Below are positions 25,540 to 38,674 of a stretch of 64,000 nucleotides of DNA, piece after piece; position 1 is the first letter of the stretch; each line of letters starts with the position of its first letter. Made by a program: the position numbers and the translations under genes. Location of the stretch: NCBI GenBank assembly GCA_002633005.1, contig NMRA01000016.1:1652749-1716748 (forward strand). Reading direction: 5' to 3'. This DNA comes from Phoronis australis (Eukaryota; Animalia; Phoronida). Below the pieces are notes generated by a model that saw nothing but the letters and a program-made list of their open reading frames with translations, did not search any database and had not been told where the DNA came from.

Positions 25540-26650
25540 GACGAGCTTTCGCGTTCCATACCTCTTTAACAATCAATTTCCATTTCTGCAGTCCTTTAAC
25601 ACAACGGGAAACCAAATCATCAGCATACAGCAGATGCAATAATTCAGTTGATCTCATGGAAATTACTTCACCGCCACCACCATAAATAAAATAAACAAAA
25701 TGGCGATAGCTGAAAGCCTTGTGTTAGACCATTCTGATATTCAAAGGACTCCGTGTAGCTCCAACTATTCAACTGTAGAAAGCGACTTTGAGATCCACGA
25801 AAGCAAAATAGGATCCTATCTTTCTCTCGTGGCAGGTATTTAATTATTAACGTACATAAAGCAAACAATAAAGCATGAAATTCAGTGAACTCTGGATTAG
25901 TAACAAAATAACAGCCTTCAAACATGGAGCTGAAATATCCATTCCTCCGGCTTAATAATCACCGTTGCACATTTCCTCTTAATAGTAAATGTGCGCCAGA
26001 TTTTTTCTGCCTTTATTGCCCGCAGCTGATTTTTGTAATGTTTTTCTGTTACACGCTAACCGTTTCACATTTTTAACTTTCCATAATCTCTTATAGCTTG
26101 TGCATATGTAGTTTGACTATTATTTTCTCTCAGTGTTCCAACACTGAATCTAAAATTCCTTAAATTTTGCCTAACGACAGCTCTCTTTCCCCAACATTCA
26201 GCGACAAACCATTTGGGAAAACTAACTGGATTACAGTCTTTGTTTACTTTGGGTTTCAACATGACGGCTGCACATAATTTAATGGCTTCCGTTAAACTTT
26301 CTGCACTTGAATCTATGGTCGAGGTTAAATGACTCTGTACGTCAGCGAGCACCATATTCTTGAGAAGTCGTACAAAGTCCTTCGAGATGACGAACACAAT
26401 GAAAAATAGCACTGGATTAATTCATATACTTAATAATATCATCTTCAATAAAATCTGGCCTGACGAGCATTAAAATCGCCTATTATTAAAAGGTGACAAG
26501 CTCCTTCAATTCCGCAGAAAAAACGTCAACTCCCACTCAAGTATTTTCATTGTTTCCAAGTTTTACTTGAACTTTTTGGAAATTGATACACAACTGCAAC
26601 TAAAACAGAATACAAATAATCGGGGAGCTTAATTTTTACCCATAAAACGT
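25540..26650 (-). mobile_element. Internally deleted LINE ORF2 remnant (APE endonuclease to RT)
   Basis: GDFNAR at about 26465-26482; PKWF..EC; GLTQGFQLSPFCLF; LHLLYADDLV at about 25610-25640. Confidence 0.75.
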
Positions 26651-27004
26651 CAGCAGTGAGAGAGTTTATTTCTCATCGACCCAAAACAATGGTGGCCCTC
26701 CATTGCAAATTTGTTTTCACTCACGAACCCGTTGTTTCGAGTTTTGCATGCGAAGAGCGCGTGCTCGCTTGCGTGGTGTCGAACTGGGTAAACAAGCCAA
26801 TGTTTGCAATGCGTTCTATGGAGACTAGACAATGACATGCAGATTTCTCTTAAAATTGCGAGCGAATGACGAAAACAGTGTTTGATAATGAATCTTTGTC
26901 ATTAGCGCGTGAATACTGCGATGTTGTTTGGATACAGAAATGAGCATGCATGCATTATTTATGGAATTAGTTTTTATGCTCCGCATACCTAACTCAAGAC
27001 CACA

Positions 27005-27360
27005 AAGTCTGATCTGCACGCAACATGTAGGCCATATCATGTGACCTGATGAACATAAAGCTGAAAAGTTTTCTGCTCCGAGCGGGACTCGAACCCAGGA
27101 CCTTCTGCTAGTCATGCAGAAGCGCTAGCCACCGAGCCATCGGGACCACCAATCAAAAACAAAAAGCCAATCAGACTTAGCGGTGGGAATTCTGCCCATC
27201 AACTCGTGATTGTATATAAATGTGTAGTTCAGGGGCTAGAGGGTCTGCACGGTTAGCAGAAGGTCCTGGGTTGGAGTCCTGGTCGGGGTCAGAAATGTTT
27301 TCAAACTTATGTTCATTAGATCATGTGATGTGGCCAACAGGTGGCGTGCAGACCAGACTT
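27005..27360. mobile_element. Head-to-head pair of tRNA-derived repeat units (SINE or tRNA-bearing TRIM)
   Basis: Minus copy 27005-27147 has A box TGGCTCGGTGG and B box GGTTCGAGTCC; plus copy 27225-27360 is homologous, including about 70 nt of non-tRNA tail. Confidence 0.7.
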
Positions 27361-27699
27361 AAAAATGTTTGTGATCTATGCTTCCAGACCGCTTCCAGAT
27401 TTACACATTTATAAATACTAAGCCCTGTTATGACGATTTCAGCCAATCCCCGTTCTGTCACCTGCTAATGCGTCATTGGCGTCAATCTCAATAGTAATAT
27501 CATTTATTGTACATCGTAGGAATTGCCTACATTCACATAAATACATAAATTCAAATGTATATTCAGAGTATTTACATAGAGAGCAGTTGTTCTCTTTTAA
27601 GAACCCTCTGAATATACAATGCAAGGCGCTGGACACTGTCATGATTTTTCTTCTGGAATAACCTAACAAGAGACCATTTAGCATTCACAAGCTCTGGTA

Positions 27700-29180
27700 G
27701 AAGATTTTTTTCTAAGGTCTCCAAGAACAGGGCATCAACACATGAAGTGAGGCTCATCTTCAATTTTACCCAGACAGCATATGCTGCATATTCTCTCACT
27801 TCTAGGAATACCCGTATGTCTCCCTTCCTCTATATTAAGTGAGAGACCTGAACATCGAAACTGCGCAAATATTCTTCTCGAATAAGCGCTCAAACAATTC
27901 ACATGTTGCTCGCTAACAAGAACACGTTTACTAAGACTAGAATTTTTATTTATTTGAACTATCTATTTCCAGTTGCCATTCCTGTACTTCACAATCAAGT
28001 AACCACTGTTTGAATACCATAATAAATTCAACACAATTCCCTGGCCAAATAACCCCCTCTCTCCGTAACAGTACCTATACAAAATTTCTTTGACACAGTG
28101 TGCCCAGTTACAATTACCGTTTTCACCTTGTTCCCTGAGCATACTATAGCACTTCAGTGGGTACCTATCTTCTTCCATACCAAGTAAGTTTGTCCAATAG
28201 ATAATTGGTTTACACATATATTTTGTAATTAAAAATTGTCTCTCACATTCACAGCGAGCGATAGCGTTCGACGTTTTAATGCTCAATCTCAGAACGTTTT
28301 TACAAAAATAATTATGAACTTTTTCAATAGATTCACACATTCCCATATTTCCGCACCATATGTTAATATGGGCATGATCATGGTGTCAAAGAGTTTGAAA
28401 TGCACTGTATGGGAAGTAGAGTTAAATTCTGAGACAGTGGCTTCAATAACGCTCATTGCTTTTCGAGCTTGTCTTACAAGCACACTGCCCTTTTAAGTCT
28501 GCAGGAGAATTTGACTTCTAAATACTTGTAGTACGATTCGGTATCCATATTCTTGTGGCCAAAAATGCCCTTTCAGTCTTTGAAAGTATGCCCCCTCGCT
28601 TAAATATCTCCAAGTTCCAATCTCGACAAAAATTTTCTAGGACATTGAGCTTGACGTAGCCCAGCAACAGTATTCGAAACCAGCACTAAATCAAAACGCG
28701 TATACCTCTGCCAACATTTTCAGACACTGGTGTGCGAACAAAACAACAAAAACAGCCAGGGACTTAAAAAACACATCCTTGCCGCACACCAACTGCACAG
28801 TTAAAATCGGGCGTGGTCTGTGACTGTACCGTAACACACGATGGTACAGAGTCGTACATACTGCGCAAAATGTTAAACACTTTCCCTTCAAACCTTTGGT
28901 TAGAAGGGCATAAAATAAACGAAAAATATCTACACTATCAAATGCCTTACTGAAACCGAGGAATGCGCGATATGCTTTCCCCTTGCGTTTAGTGACATGT
29001 TTCTGGATGATACTCTGGAGGTTAAAAATTTTATCGACTGTAGAGTACTCTGTCCGAAAGCCTGCCTGTTCTTCCGGGATACATTTCGTACTATTCGACC
29101 ATTCAACTATCGGAAAATAAAGAATAGTTGTAAACATTTTATTAATACTATCTATAACGGCGTCAATCTTGAAAGATAAA
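27700..29180 (-). mobile_element. RTE-X/CR1-group LINE, RT and C-terminal region, decayed
   Basis: IPEEQAGFRTEYSTVDKIFNL...FLGFSKAFDSVD; KLFDTMIMPILTYGAEIW; IEKVHNYFCKNVL...YWTNLL...RYP. Confidence 0.9.
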
Positions 29181-29223
29181 AGCAGGAATCAACTAAAAAC
29201 TTACGCCACAGACTGGATAATAT

Positions 29224-30376
29224 CAGCCGATTTCACAAAGGTGGTTTGAAGTTAAACGTGGTTTAAACTGGACTTGGAACAGGTTTAAAGATAATCTGCA
29301 TTTTATAAAGGTGGCTTAACTTTTAGACAAGTGGTCTTGTAAAACGTGCTTTAACTCCAGTTTAGACCTGGTCTAAGTCAGTTTTCATTTCACCAACTAG
29401 GCCTATGTTCTTTAGACCTGTATTAAGATCTTAAGCCACGTTTAACTTTAGACTTGGTCAGACCTAGGTTTAATTGTTAAATATGTCAGATTTGCATGAT
29501 ATAGGTGCAACGGAATGATGCCGCGGTGTGCAATAACGACGCAGTTTTAGAGCGAAAATGGACTATTTTCAATATTCAGTTTTACGATGACACAAGATCA
29601 AACGTAGCAGGGGCGGATCCAAGATTTTTAAGGGGGGGGGTTCGGTCTAGGACTTTTTAAAGGGGGACTAAGTCAAAAATTTGAAAATTATAAATTTTAT
29701 ATCACTAAAATCAAGGGGAAAAGGGGGACCCCTTGACCCCCTTGGATCCGCCTATGTGTAGACCAGTACGTGCTGGATGGTGTCCTGCGGATTCCTCAGA
29801 ATACGACTGGTCGAGCAGGGCGTCGTCGTCGTATGCGCTACGGGTTTGACTGAAGAGAGCATCTTCCGATTCTTCTGAATGAGTTCCACCTCCATGGGTC
29901 TCCGATTTAATGTTGACGGAAAGGGGTCTTGCCCCCCTTTGCACGCGAAAAATAAACACTAAAATGGCACCGAAATAAATTTGTGCATTTATCATGTTGC
30001 GGCTGATCGTGAGGACATACTTTAATGTGTGTACATGTGTTGGGCACAGCCATTACATTTTTCCTCATGAGAAAAGCTTTTAGACCTTTTTCGCAAATGT
30101 CTGCACTGATTCTGCTAGTGTGCATATACCCGGGTTTCATTGAAGCACTTCAATAGTTTCTTTGTTGGGGGTAATCCAGATTGACACAGTAGGTTGGCTT
30201 GGGTACTTTAAACCTGGTTTTACTTAACCGGCTCCCTGGTGTAACAAAACCAAGCTTTCAGACTTTTAAACCGCATTGGTGAAATGCAAGTTAGGTCTAA
30301 ATTTGGATCAGGTTTAGGAAGACCAGCTTTAATTTTGAAACCTAGTTTTGTTAAACCACCTTTATGAAATCGGCTG
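29224..30376. mobile_element. PIF/Harbinger-like non-autonomous element
   Basis: 24-bp TIR cagccgatttcacaaaggtggttt / aaaccacctttatgaaatcggctg (1 mismatch); many ttaaacc/taagtc subterminal repeats; RRSFRAKMDYFQ..YDD resembles a Harbinger transposase N-terminus; TSD not clear. Confidence 0.7.
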
Positions 30377-33300
30377 CACGGTTCTTGAGGGTGGTCTTCT
30401 GCACACTTGCGTTGTAATTCGCCACGCTTGCCCGTTTAGAAGACTTTGAAAGGAGTTTTCAAAATTTCCACCAAACTTTTGAGTGTTGTCGAGGGTTATA
30501 GAGCATTATTTTGTTTCAGGGAATTGGATGGAAATGTCGATTTCAATATCTTTTAGTAGGCCAAAACTGGATTTAGTATCTTTTTATCACATTCGGCTAT
30601 TTTAAATGTGTTCCAAGAATTAAGCACAGGTGGTTCTCAGGAAAAAGAACGTTTGCTATAATTCTAAATGTTTTTTGAAATAGCATAATAGCAAACTTTG
30701 GGCAATCTAGTCTATATCCTTTCAAAATATGGGCTCCGGCTGCTCTTACTCTCTAATCCGCCACGTACATGGGAAGCGCACGTGGATTAGTTTTACTTTT
30801 TTCAAGTCCATAGTTTCGTCCACCATCTTGGATATTTAATTACCGGTAGGAACGCTAGAAACCTGTTCACGTGCCTTCCGCATTTAAGTGGATGGGAGAG
30901 TAAGCCATCTTGAAACTGAAATGTTTGAAAAGGTACCATATTCTTTTTACATTTTTATAACCATGTACGCCCAATTTTGAAGCGCGTCTAAAATACCGAT
31001 GATGGCAGCAATAATGCAGTCACTTGCAAGGTCAGTTAGCCCTCGATAAAGGAAAGAACAAAAATATAATTTATTCTAATTAAGGTGAAATTGTCGGTGA
31101 GAAGGGCACCAGCGCGGATTCGAAATTAGAATCTTCGTGGCCGCAACTAAGCAATCTGCTGGCTGAGTTCAAATCTCACTCAACAAAGGAACTGGTAAAA
31201 GTACCAACGTTCATTTCAGCAAATGTCTGTTAGACAGCAGCGATAATTGGCGATTTGTAATAAAATCTATAAAACACAGCGTATTTTATTGGTTTATACC
31301 TCTGGTCAAAACAATAGGCGGCTGATCAGCGAAACCGAGACCCCGGAGGGGTAAATGCTAACTTCGCGAATAATCTGAATATTTCTTCAGGCATAAATGT
31401 ACTATCAACCGCTGTTTTCGCCATTTAATCGGTTTGTTAAGAGACATCTGCATTTTATTGTCAGGCCCCCATAGAGCACAATGGGAAAATTGACTTGTTG
31501 ACTAGTTCTTTACCATGCTAGGGGTCTACGCTACGCGTGCTCAACTCGAAATTGCTGACTCGTGTACAACTCTGCCATATTATAACTAGAGCAATTTTAT
31601 GAAATCGCTCATGGTCAATTCAAAATTAACACCAGCGTTTGTTGGGGAAGTGCAGAGTCACTGAAGCAGCCGCCNAATTGTTAAATATGTCAGATTTGCA
31701 TGATATAGGTGCAACGGAATGATGCCGCGGTGTGCAATAACGACGCAGTTTTAGAGCGAAAATGGACTATTTTCAATATTCAGTTTTACGATGACACAAG
31801 ATCAAACGTAGCAGGGGCGGATCCAAGATTTTTAAGGGGGGGGGTTCGGTCTAGGACTTTTTAAAGGGGGACTAAGTCAAAAATTTGAAAATTATAAATT
31901 TTATATCACTAAAATCAAGGGGAAAAGGGGGACCCCTTGACCCCCTTGGATCCGCCTATGTGTAGACCAGTACGTGCTGGATGGTGTCCTGCGGATTCCT
32001 CAGAATACGACTGGTCGAGCAGGGCGTCGTCGTCGTATGCGCTACGGGTTTGACTGAAGAGAGCATCTTCCGATTCTTCTGAATGAGTTCCACCTTCATG
32101 GGTCTCCGATTTAATGTTGACGGAAAGGGGTCTTGCCCCCCTTTGCACGCGAAAAATAAACACTAAAATGGCACCGAAATAAATTTGTGCATTTATCATG
32201 TTGCGGCTGATCGTGAGGACATACTTTAATGTGTGTACGTGTGTTGGGCACAGCCATTACATTTTTCCTCATGAGAAAAGCTTTTAGACCTTTTTAGCAA
32301 ATGTCTGCACTGATTCTGCTAGTGTGCATGTGTCATTGTATACCCACGTGACCAGGGTTTCATTGAAGCACTTCAATAGTTTCTTTGTTGGGGGTAATCC
32401 AGATTGACACAGTAGGGTGGCTTAGATACTTTAAACCTGGTTTTACTATACCGGCTCCCTGGTGTAACAAAACCAAGCTTTCAGACCTTTAAACCGCATT
32501 GGTGAAATGCAAGTTAGGTCTAAATTTGGATCAGGTTTAGGAAGACCAGCTTTAAGTCTTAAAACTAGTTTTGTTAAATCACGTCCTTTATGAAATCGGC
32601 TGCACGGTTCTTGAGGGTGGTCTTCTCCACACTTGCGTGGTAATTGGCCACGCTTGCCCGTTTAGAAGACTTTGAAAGGAGTTTTCAAAATTTCCACCAA
32701 ACTTTTGAGTGTTTTCGAGGGTCATAGAGCATTATTTTGTTTCAGGGAATTGTATGGTTATGTCGATTTCAATATATTTTAATAGGCCAAAACTGGATTT
32801 AGTATCTTTTTAACACATTCGGCTATTTTAAATGCGTTCCAAGAATTAAGCACAGGTGGTTCTCAGGAAAAAGAACGTTTGCCATAATGCTAAATGTTTT
32901 GTGAAATAGCATAATAGCAATCTTTGGGCAATCTAGTCGATATCCTTTCAAAATATGGGCTCCGGCTGCTCTTACTCTCTAGTCCGCCACGTACATGGGA
33001 AGCGCACGTGGATTAGTTTTACTTTTCTCTAGTTACGTATTCAAGTCCATAGTTTCGTCCACCATCTTGGATATTTAATTACCGGTAAGAACACTAGAAA
33101 CCTGTTCACGTGCCTTTCGCATGTAAGTGGATGGGAGAGTAAGCCATCTTGAAACTGAAATTTTTGAAAAGGTACCATATTCTTTTTACATTTTTATAAC
33201 CATGTACGCCCAATTTTGAAGCGCGTCAAAAATACCGATGATGGCCGCAATAATGCAGTCACTTGCAAGGTCAGTTTGCCCTCGATAAAGGAAAGAACAG

Positions 33301-33926
33301 AAATATAATTTATTCTAATTAAGGTATAATTGTCGGTGAGAAGGGCACCAGCACGGATTCGAAATTAGAATCTTCGCGGCCGCAACTAAACAATCTGCTG
33401 GCTGAGTTCAAATCTCACTCAACAAAGGAACTGGTAAAAGTACCAACGTTCATTTCAGCAAATGTCTGTTAGACAGCGGCGATAATTAGCGATTTGTAAT
33501 AAAATCACTAAAACACAACGGATTTTATTGGTTTATATCTCTGGTCAAAATTGTTAACTTCAGTAGGCGGCTGATCAGCGAAACCGAGACCCCGGAGGGA
33601 TAAATGCTAACATCGTGAATAATCTGAATATATAGCTTCAGGCATAAATTTACTATCAACCGCTGTTTTCGCTATTTAATCGGTTTGTTAAGAGACATCT
33701 GCATTTTATTGTCAGGCCCCCATAGAGCACAATGGGAAAATTGACTTGTTGACTAGTTCTTTACCACGCTAGGGGGTCTACGCTACGCACGCTCAACTCG
33801 AAATTGCTGACTCGTGTACAACTCTGCCATATTATAACTAGAGCAATTTTATGAAATCGCTCATGGTCAAATCAAAATTAACACCAGCGTTTGTTGGGGA
33901 AGTGCAGAGTCACTGAAGCAGCCGCC
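29472..33926 (+). repeat. Near-identical 2.2-kb tandem duplication (29472-31674 and 31676-33926) joined by a single N
   Basis: Both copies begin aattgttaaatatgtcag and end gaagcagccgcc; they differ by scattered SNPs and short indels. Confidence 0.95.
29608..29756. mobile_element. hAT-like MITE (family B) nested in the Harbinger-like element; duplicated at about 31812-31960
   Basis: caggggcggatcc...ggatccgcctatg termini; flanks cgtag/tgtag; same family at 59942-60099. Confidence 0.8.
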
Positions 33927-34189
33927 GACTTGTGTGACGCAGTTGGAAATCCACGAGGAAATGCTGGAATTGTCAAACCCAAAATTGAAAAGTTAAAAAA
34001 TAAATGGTTTGTTGAAGACTACAGATGCCAGAAATTTTCCGAGGGATACTGATGATGTTTCTTTACACATTGATAAGTATTAATATAAGTATTTCAAATT
34101 GAAGTATTTATTTTGAAAATTGCCCAAATGCGTTCCAACTGGAAAAACAAAACTCGCGATTTACCCATCAAAGTGAGTCCACTTATAGG

Positions 34190-34545
34190 GATAGGTTATC
34201 ATATAGATGTACCTGTCGGTGTGAGTACCTGCCGTAGGTTGGGTCACGCTATATTTATATAGGTGTACGCGCCGGAGTAAGTACCTGATGGGCAGCGGGT
34301 GAGCTATATTGATATAAATGTACCTTCTGGGATGGGTGCCTACTGGGGATTGGGTGGACTACATTTATATAGGTGAACCCGCCGGGTTGGGTAGCTGCTG
34401 GGGAGTGGGACAATCTACACTTATAGAGATGATCCCCGGGGTGGGTACATGCTGGGGCGTGGGTAACTTATATTCATATACAAGTACCCCCAGGGTGGGT
34501 ACCTGTCGTGGGGTGGGTCCATCCAAATTTATATAAATGGATACG
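34190..34545. repeat. Diverged minisatellite, about six units of about 57 bp
   Basis: Recurring tatatag.tgtacc...gg..tgggtacctg...gg.gtgggt...ta.att. Confidence 0.75.
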
Positions 34546-35380
34546 CTTTATTTACGTAGGTGTAAACAGTCTCGACCGTAGCCTCAGTTGATCACTCCTC
34601 TACTGACACAGGTGTGCCCAGTTATAAACGCACTCTACTTGGAAATATTTAATTCTATATAGGGTATCCCACGTGTCTATATAAAAACAAGTAATACTCG
34701 ACAAGTAGAGTTCTAATTAAATAACAAGTTGTTAGTTGTACTCTTTAAACAGTTATACGTGAGAATTGTAATGTTTTATTAAAAAGACTGAGATGTATTG
34801 TAAAAAACGAAATCCAAAAAGGAGGATATTCACGTTTCGAAATTTTTTTTCAACAAAGAACGAATCAGTGTTTAGTCTAGGTGCAGGTATCCGAAGTATT
34901 TATTTTGCTGCGAAAGTTACGCGGCTGGACAAACACGTAGTCGCATTTAAATGACCAGACAGGAAAAGTCCACTTATTTTCAAAACACTTGTCTCAGTTT
35001 AAAAGTGTCCTGGTAAATACTTGATTACAAGAATATGCCTGATGTCTAGATAAAAATATCTAATTTCCGCTGTTGAAGTTTTTAGATGTTCATATCATCA
35101 ACTGACGATTGAAATTCGGGTACACTTGGGTATAAGGAGGACGGTGTTTCTGCTCTGTGTGTTCTGAAAGACACGTTTTAATAGAGTGTCCAGTGTCTGA
35201 TGACCCTGGGGATTGTTCAGTGTTTGCCATAATGTTAGAAATAACGATGGCGATCTTTTCATTCATTTGATGAACTTATGTACGGTTTGTAAGTTATCTC
35301 CCTTTAATCACCAAGCGTTTATTGTACATAGTTCGCGAGCACATTTTATTTTTCAAATAATATATCTTTTTTCAATGTAA

Positions 35381-35803
35381 AGTACCGTTTACACTTACAA
35401 AGTTGACACGTATCAGCTGACGCGGAACAAGCTGGTCCAATGTGTAAACGGACTGACACGGCGCAAATTGACACCGCTGTGGCAAATTTTTGCCACCCGT
35501 TTGTGAGGTAGACTAATTTGCGCCCGAACATCTTGCGCCGTATCAATTATAAGTCTAAACGCGAAACTGTAGTAAGGCGGAAAGGATCATCTCTACTGCG
35601 CTTGTGCAATGACCTACGTACGGGTTCTTTGTCTATGTAACTGTCGTCGTTTGTAAGCCTGCGCATGTGCGATACAGTCTCTCCAGCCTTTAATTTCCGT
35701 CTTGCCACGGTTAGTGAGTTGTGTGTGTAAACGCCTGCTTGACACGGGTCAATTTGCTCCGTGTCAGTTGCACCGGACCTAAAGTTGATATCTAAACGGG
35801 ACT
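35381..35803. mobile_element. Harbinger/Tourist-like MITE
   Basis: TAA|agtaccgtttacac ... tctaaacgggact|TTA; internal inverted tgacacgg/ccgtgtca motifs; related fragment at about 49700-49800. Confidence 0.65.
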
Positions 35804-38523
35804 TTAGTTACACGTTTGCGTATTCGCTAGCTGTGCTTATTGGCCTAAGTACTAAGATAACCTGATAAATTCAATAAGGTTTCGAGTTTACACATCCGTC
35901 ACTCGCGTGATTCTACGTGAGTCTTTCTTTTCTCGCAAGAAACCCTGGTATCGGATCGGTTGTGTGCTCGACCTAAGGAACTAAATCTTTGAAGTTCGTC
36001 GTCCGCATCGCGTTCCACGTCTAGTATGTGCCATACCGGCATGCCATTTAAAGACTTTTTTGTAGGGGCAGCAAAACAAATAACTTTTCATGAATTTTTT
36101 TTTCTTATAACATTATCCTACTGAAAGATGACTTGCAGTGGATTGTTACTTGGTATCTGAAAACGAAAATATTATACGTCGTGACAGTAAATGTGATCTC
36201 CAGCTCAAAGTCATGGTTGTATTGTTACAATGCTAATCAAATAAAGGCTAACGAATTAGTCTCTGAAAATAGTTTGGCGTTTTCATTGAGCCCCAAATTA
36301 AAGTCATCAACTCAAATTTATTTCTCATAATGGGATTAAATATTGAAACTTTCAGCTCATTAATAACCACTTTAAAATACTTGGAATGTATTGCGCAACG
36401 GACCGCTTGTTGCTACCAAGTGTTGAGTGACTGCAGAAACGATCGATATTTCTGGGGATCAAAACGGTAATTAAAAAGTAATTAGACATAGTGATATTGG
36501 AAAAAGGAGCAATCCTCAAGATACTTGGACTGCTAACTGAAAGAAATTATCACTTTTGCAGCTTCCTCTGTCGCAAAATAAAAAATTTATCAACTGAACA
36601 CGCCAGAGCATTCCTTGAAACTTTTTTAAAACGAGACGTTATCGGCTACGATGATGCATTAATTAACGAAAAGCGCAACGTTGAGCAGAATTACACTAAT
36701 TTTATACCGGAAAACATTTCAACAGTTGTTAAAAGTTTTTCATTAAAAATCTCAGATTTTGTTACGTGAACATGCGTTTATTTTGAATTTGTTTTCTAAA
36801 AAATTCGGGCGGTCAACGACCATGTCAAAGTTCAGGCATGTTATGCAGAACATAATATTGAGATAATAGTTAATCCCAAATTCACATAGATATGCAGTTA
36901 TGATCACCATGTTTTTTCAAAGCGGATTTGAATATTTTGGAACTCGAATTTCGACGTTTTTGATTCCTCGACAGTGTGAAAGTCGGTTAATTAGTTTAAC
37001 TCTAAATGCACTATGAGCTTTTTATAAATTTACACTTAAAATCAATCAAAAATTATCATGAAAGTTTAGTTATTTTTGAAAGGCATGAGACGAATCCAAA
37101 CCCATCCTACTGTCAAGCAAGTTCCGCGGCGGCCATGCAAGTTCTATATTACTGGAAATGTTCAACTCATCGCGCACGACAGTCCAGCGTTCGATTCAGC
37201 TGAATCTCGATTTTTGGCTATCACCACCACGCGTCTTCGTTTATTTTCCACTGAACAACAAACAGATTAAAAGTTCGTTGGCAGTCAACGTCATGAACCG
37301 ACAAATTCCAACAGAATCGCTCAAACGTAACGATTTTGTTGTTTATACTGTGGTCAGTGCTAATAAATTCCAAAAGTCTATCGTGCCCAACAAGCTCTCA
37401 AAAATACTTTTCGCTACTAAAATCGATTGTTTTTCTCTTGCTCTAGCTTCACTGGACTTCATTCTCTAATCGAAACTGAAATATTCTCATTGTTAGTGTT
37501 GTTTACTATAGTCGCGAGAAATTATTCTATTTCAGATTCGTGTATAGTAACAAAGCGCAATGATCGTGAACGTATTCACATCAACGATTTCGTGTTATCC
37601 ACTTGCTTGTCTATTTCTTTGGACGCGTTTAACATCATTATGTCTAGTCAAATGTGTACATGTTGGTTGCTACGTTATCATTTTCAGCCCTGCACACCAT
37701 GTAATTTATGTCAATGACAAATCGGTTTGTCATGGCGTCTTGAAGCGTGAAAACGAGTGTCAGGGAGTGGGTGTCACGTTTGTATTTTGAATAGCGCCTA
37801 CATCTGCAGGCGTACCTTTTCACTCTGTACAGCATGGTGGCTCAGCGGTACAGGTAGAAATTTTCGGCTTAAATTGCATAGTGTTGTTTCTCGGTATCCA
37901 GCTGAAGCCAAGTCAGTGGTTCAGTTTGCCGCTACCGCCACCTACCGATCGTAATTAGCAGCGGCGGTGGCACAAAACTGGTGATAATGTAACTGTAACT
38001 TGTGCCACTACACACCAGACATCGGCCGATCGCAGCGGCGAATCAAGAGCCTGTGAAAACACATGGTCGAAATACTGAGTTTAACAGTCATTCTCAGACA
38101 GTGTTTAACTTATTGACTATTCGGATCAATTGACTAACGTGAAAACATATTCTTAACTACAAAATAAAGTGAGTATAGGCGGCATGCAGTATCATTCTCT
38201 AACTCTGTCTTACTGCTTGTGCAGTAGCCTGATCATAACTGTGAAATTACGTACAATACTGCATTAGTAAATGAAATGAAATGAAAGAAAGGAACGTCAT
38301 TAGTCTATTAGCTATCGTCTCATTTGCAATGAGCTCCAATTGTAATCAATAACATAGGAACATTTAGCGTAGGTTTTCACTATCTGTAAACAATGGCAGT
38401 CGCATGGACATCGTACATATTTTAAAATTTGTTCTTATGCTGTGCTTAGATTATAACCGTTTTCAAAGAAACGGCTGGAATTCCCGTGGTCACCAGACTA
38501 ATTCGTCTGCTGAAACTAACCAG

Positions 38524-38674
38524 GCGTGCGTTCAGTAGACGCTAGGACCTACGCTAGGACCTAGCTAAAACCTAGTCAAAGTCACGTGCTCTCATTTAAA
38601 ATGCACGGCAATATCTCACGTAATCTCGCGAAGTCTTGCTTTTTAGTTAGGTCCTAGCGTTACTGAACGGGAGG
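38524..38674. mobile_element. MITE family A copy 3
   Basis: gcgtgcgttcagta ... tactgaacgggagg with CAG/CTG flanks. Confidence 0.8.

Noticed and set aside
27074-27147. Functional tRNA gene on the minus strand
   Set aside because: Acceptor and T stems are imperfect, the anticodon loop (ATGACTA) lacks U33, there is no oligo-T terminator directly after it, and its non-tRNA tail is shared with a second copy
29711-32199. Duplicated 94-aa ORFs as a tandem gene pair
   Set aside because: They lie within a transposon, read into a nested MITE, and the duplication is probably an assembly artefact
34190-34545. Regularly spaced repeats that might suggest a CRISPR array
   Set aside because: The whole 57-bp unit is homologous with no unique spacers, no cas genes are present and the context is eukaryotic
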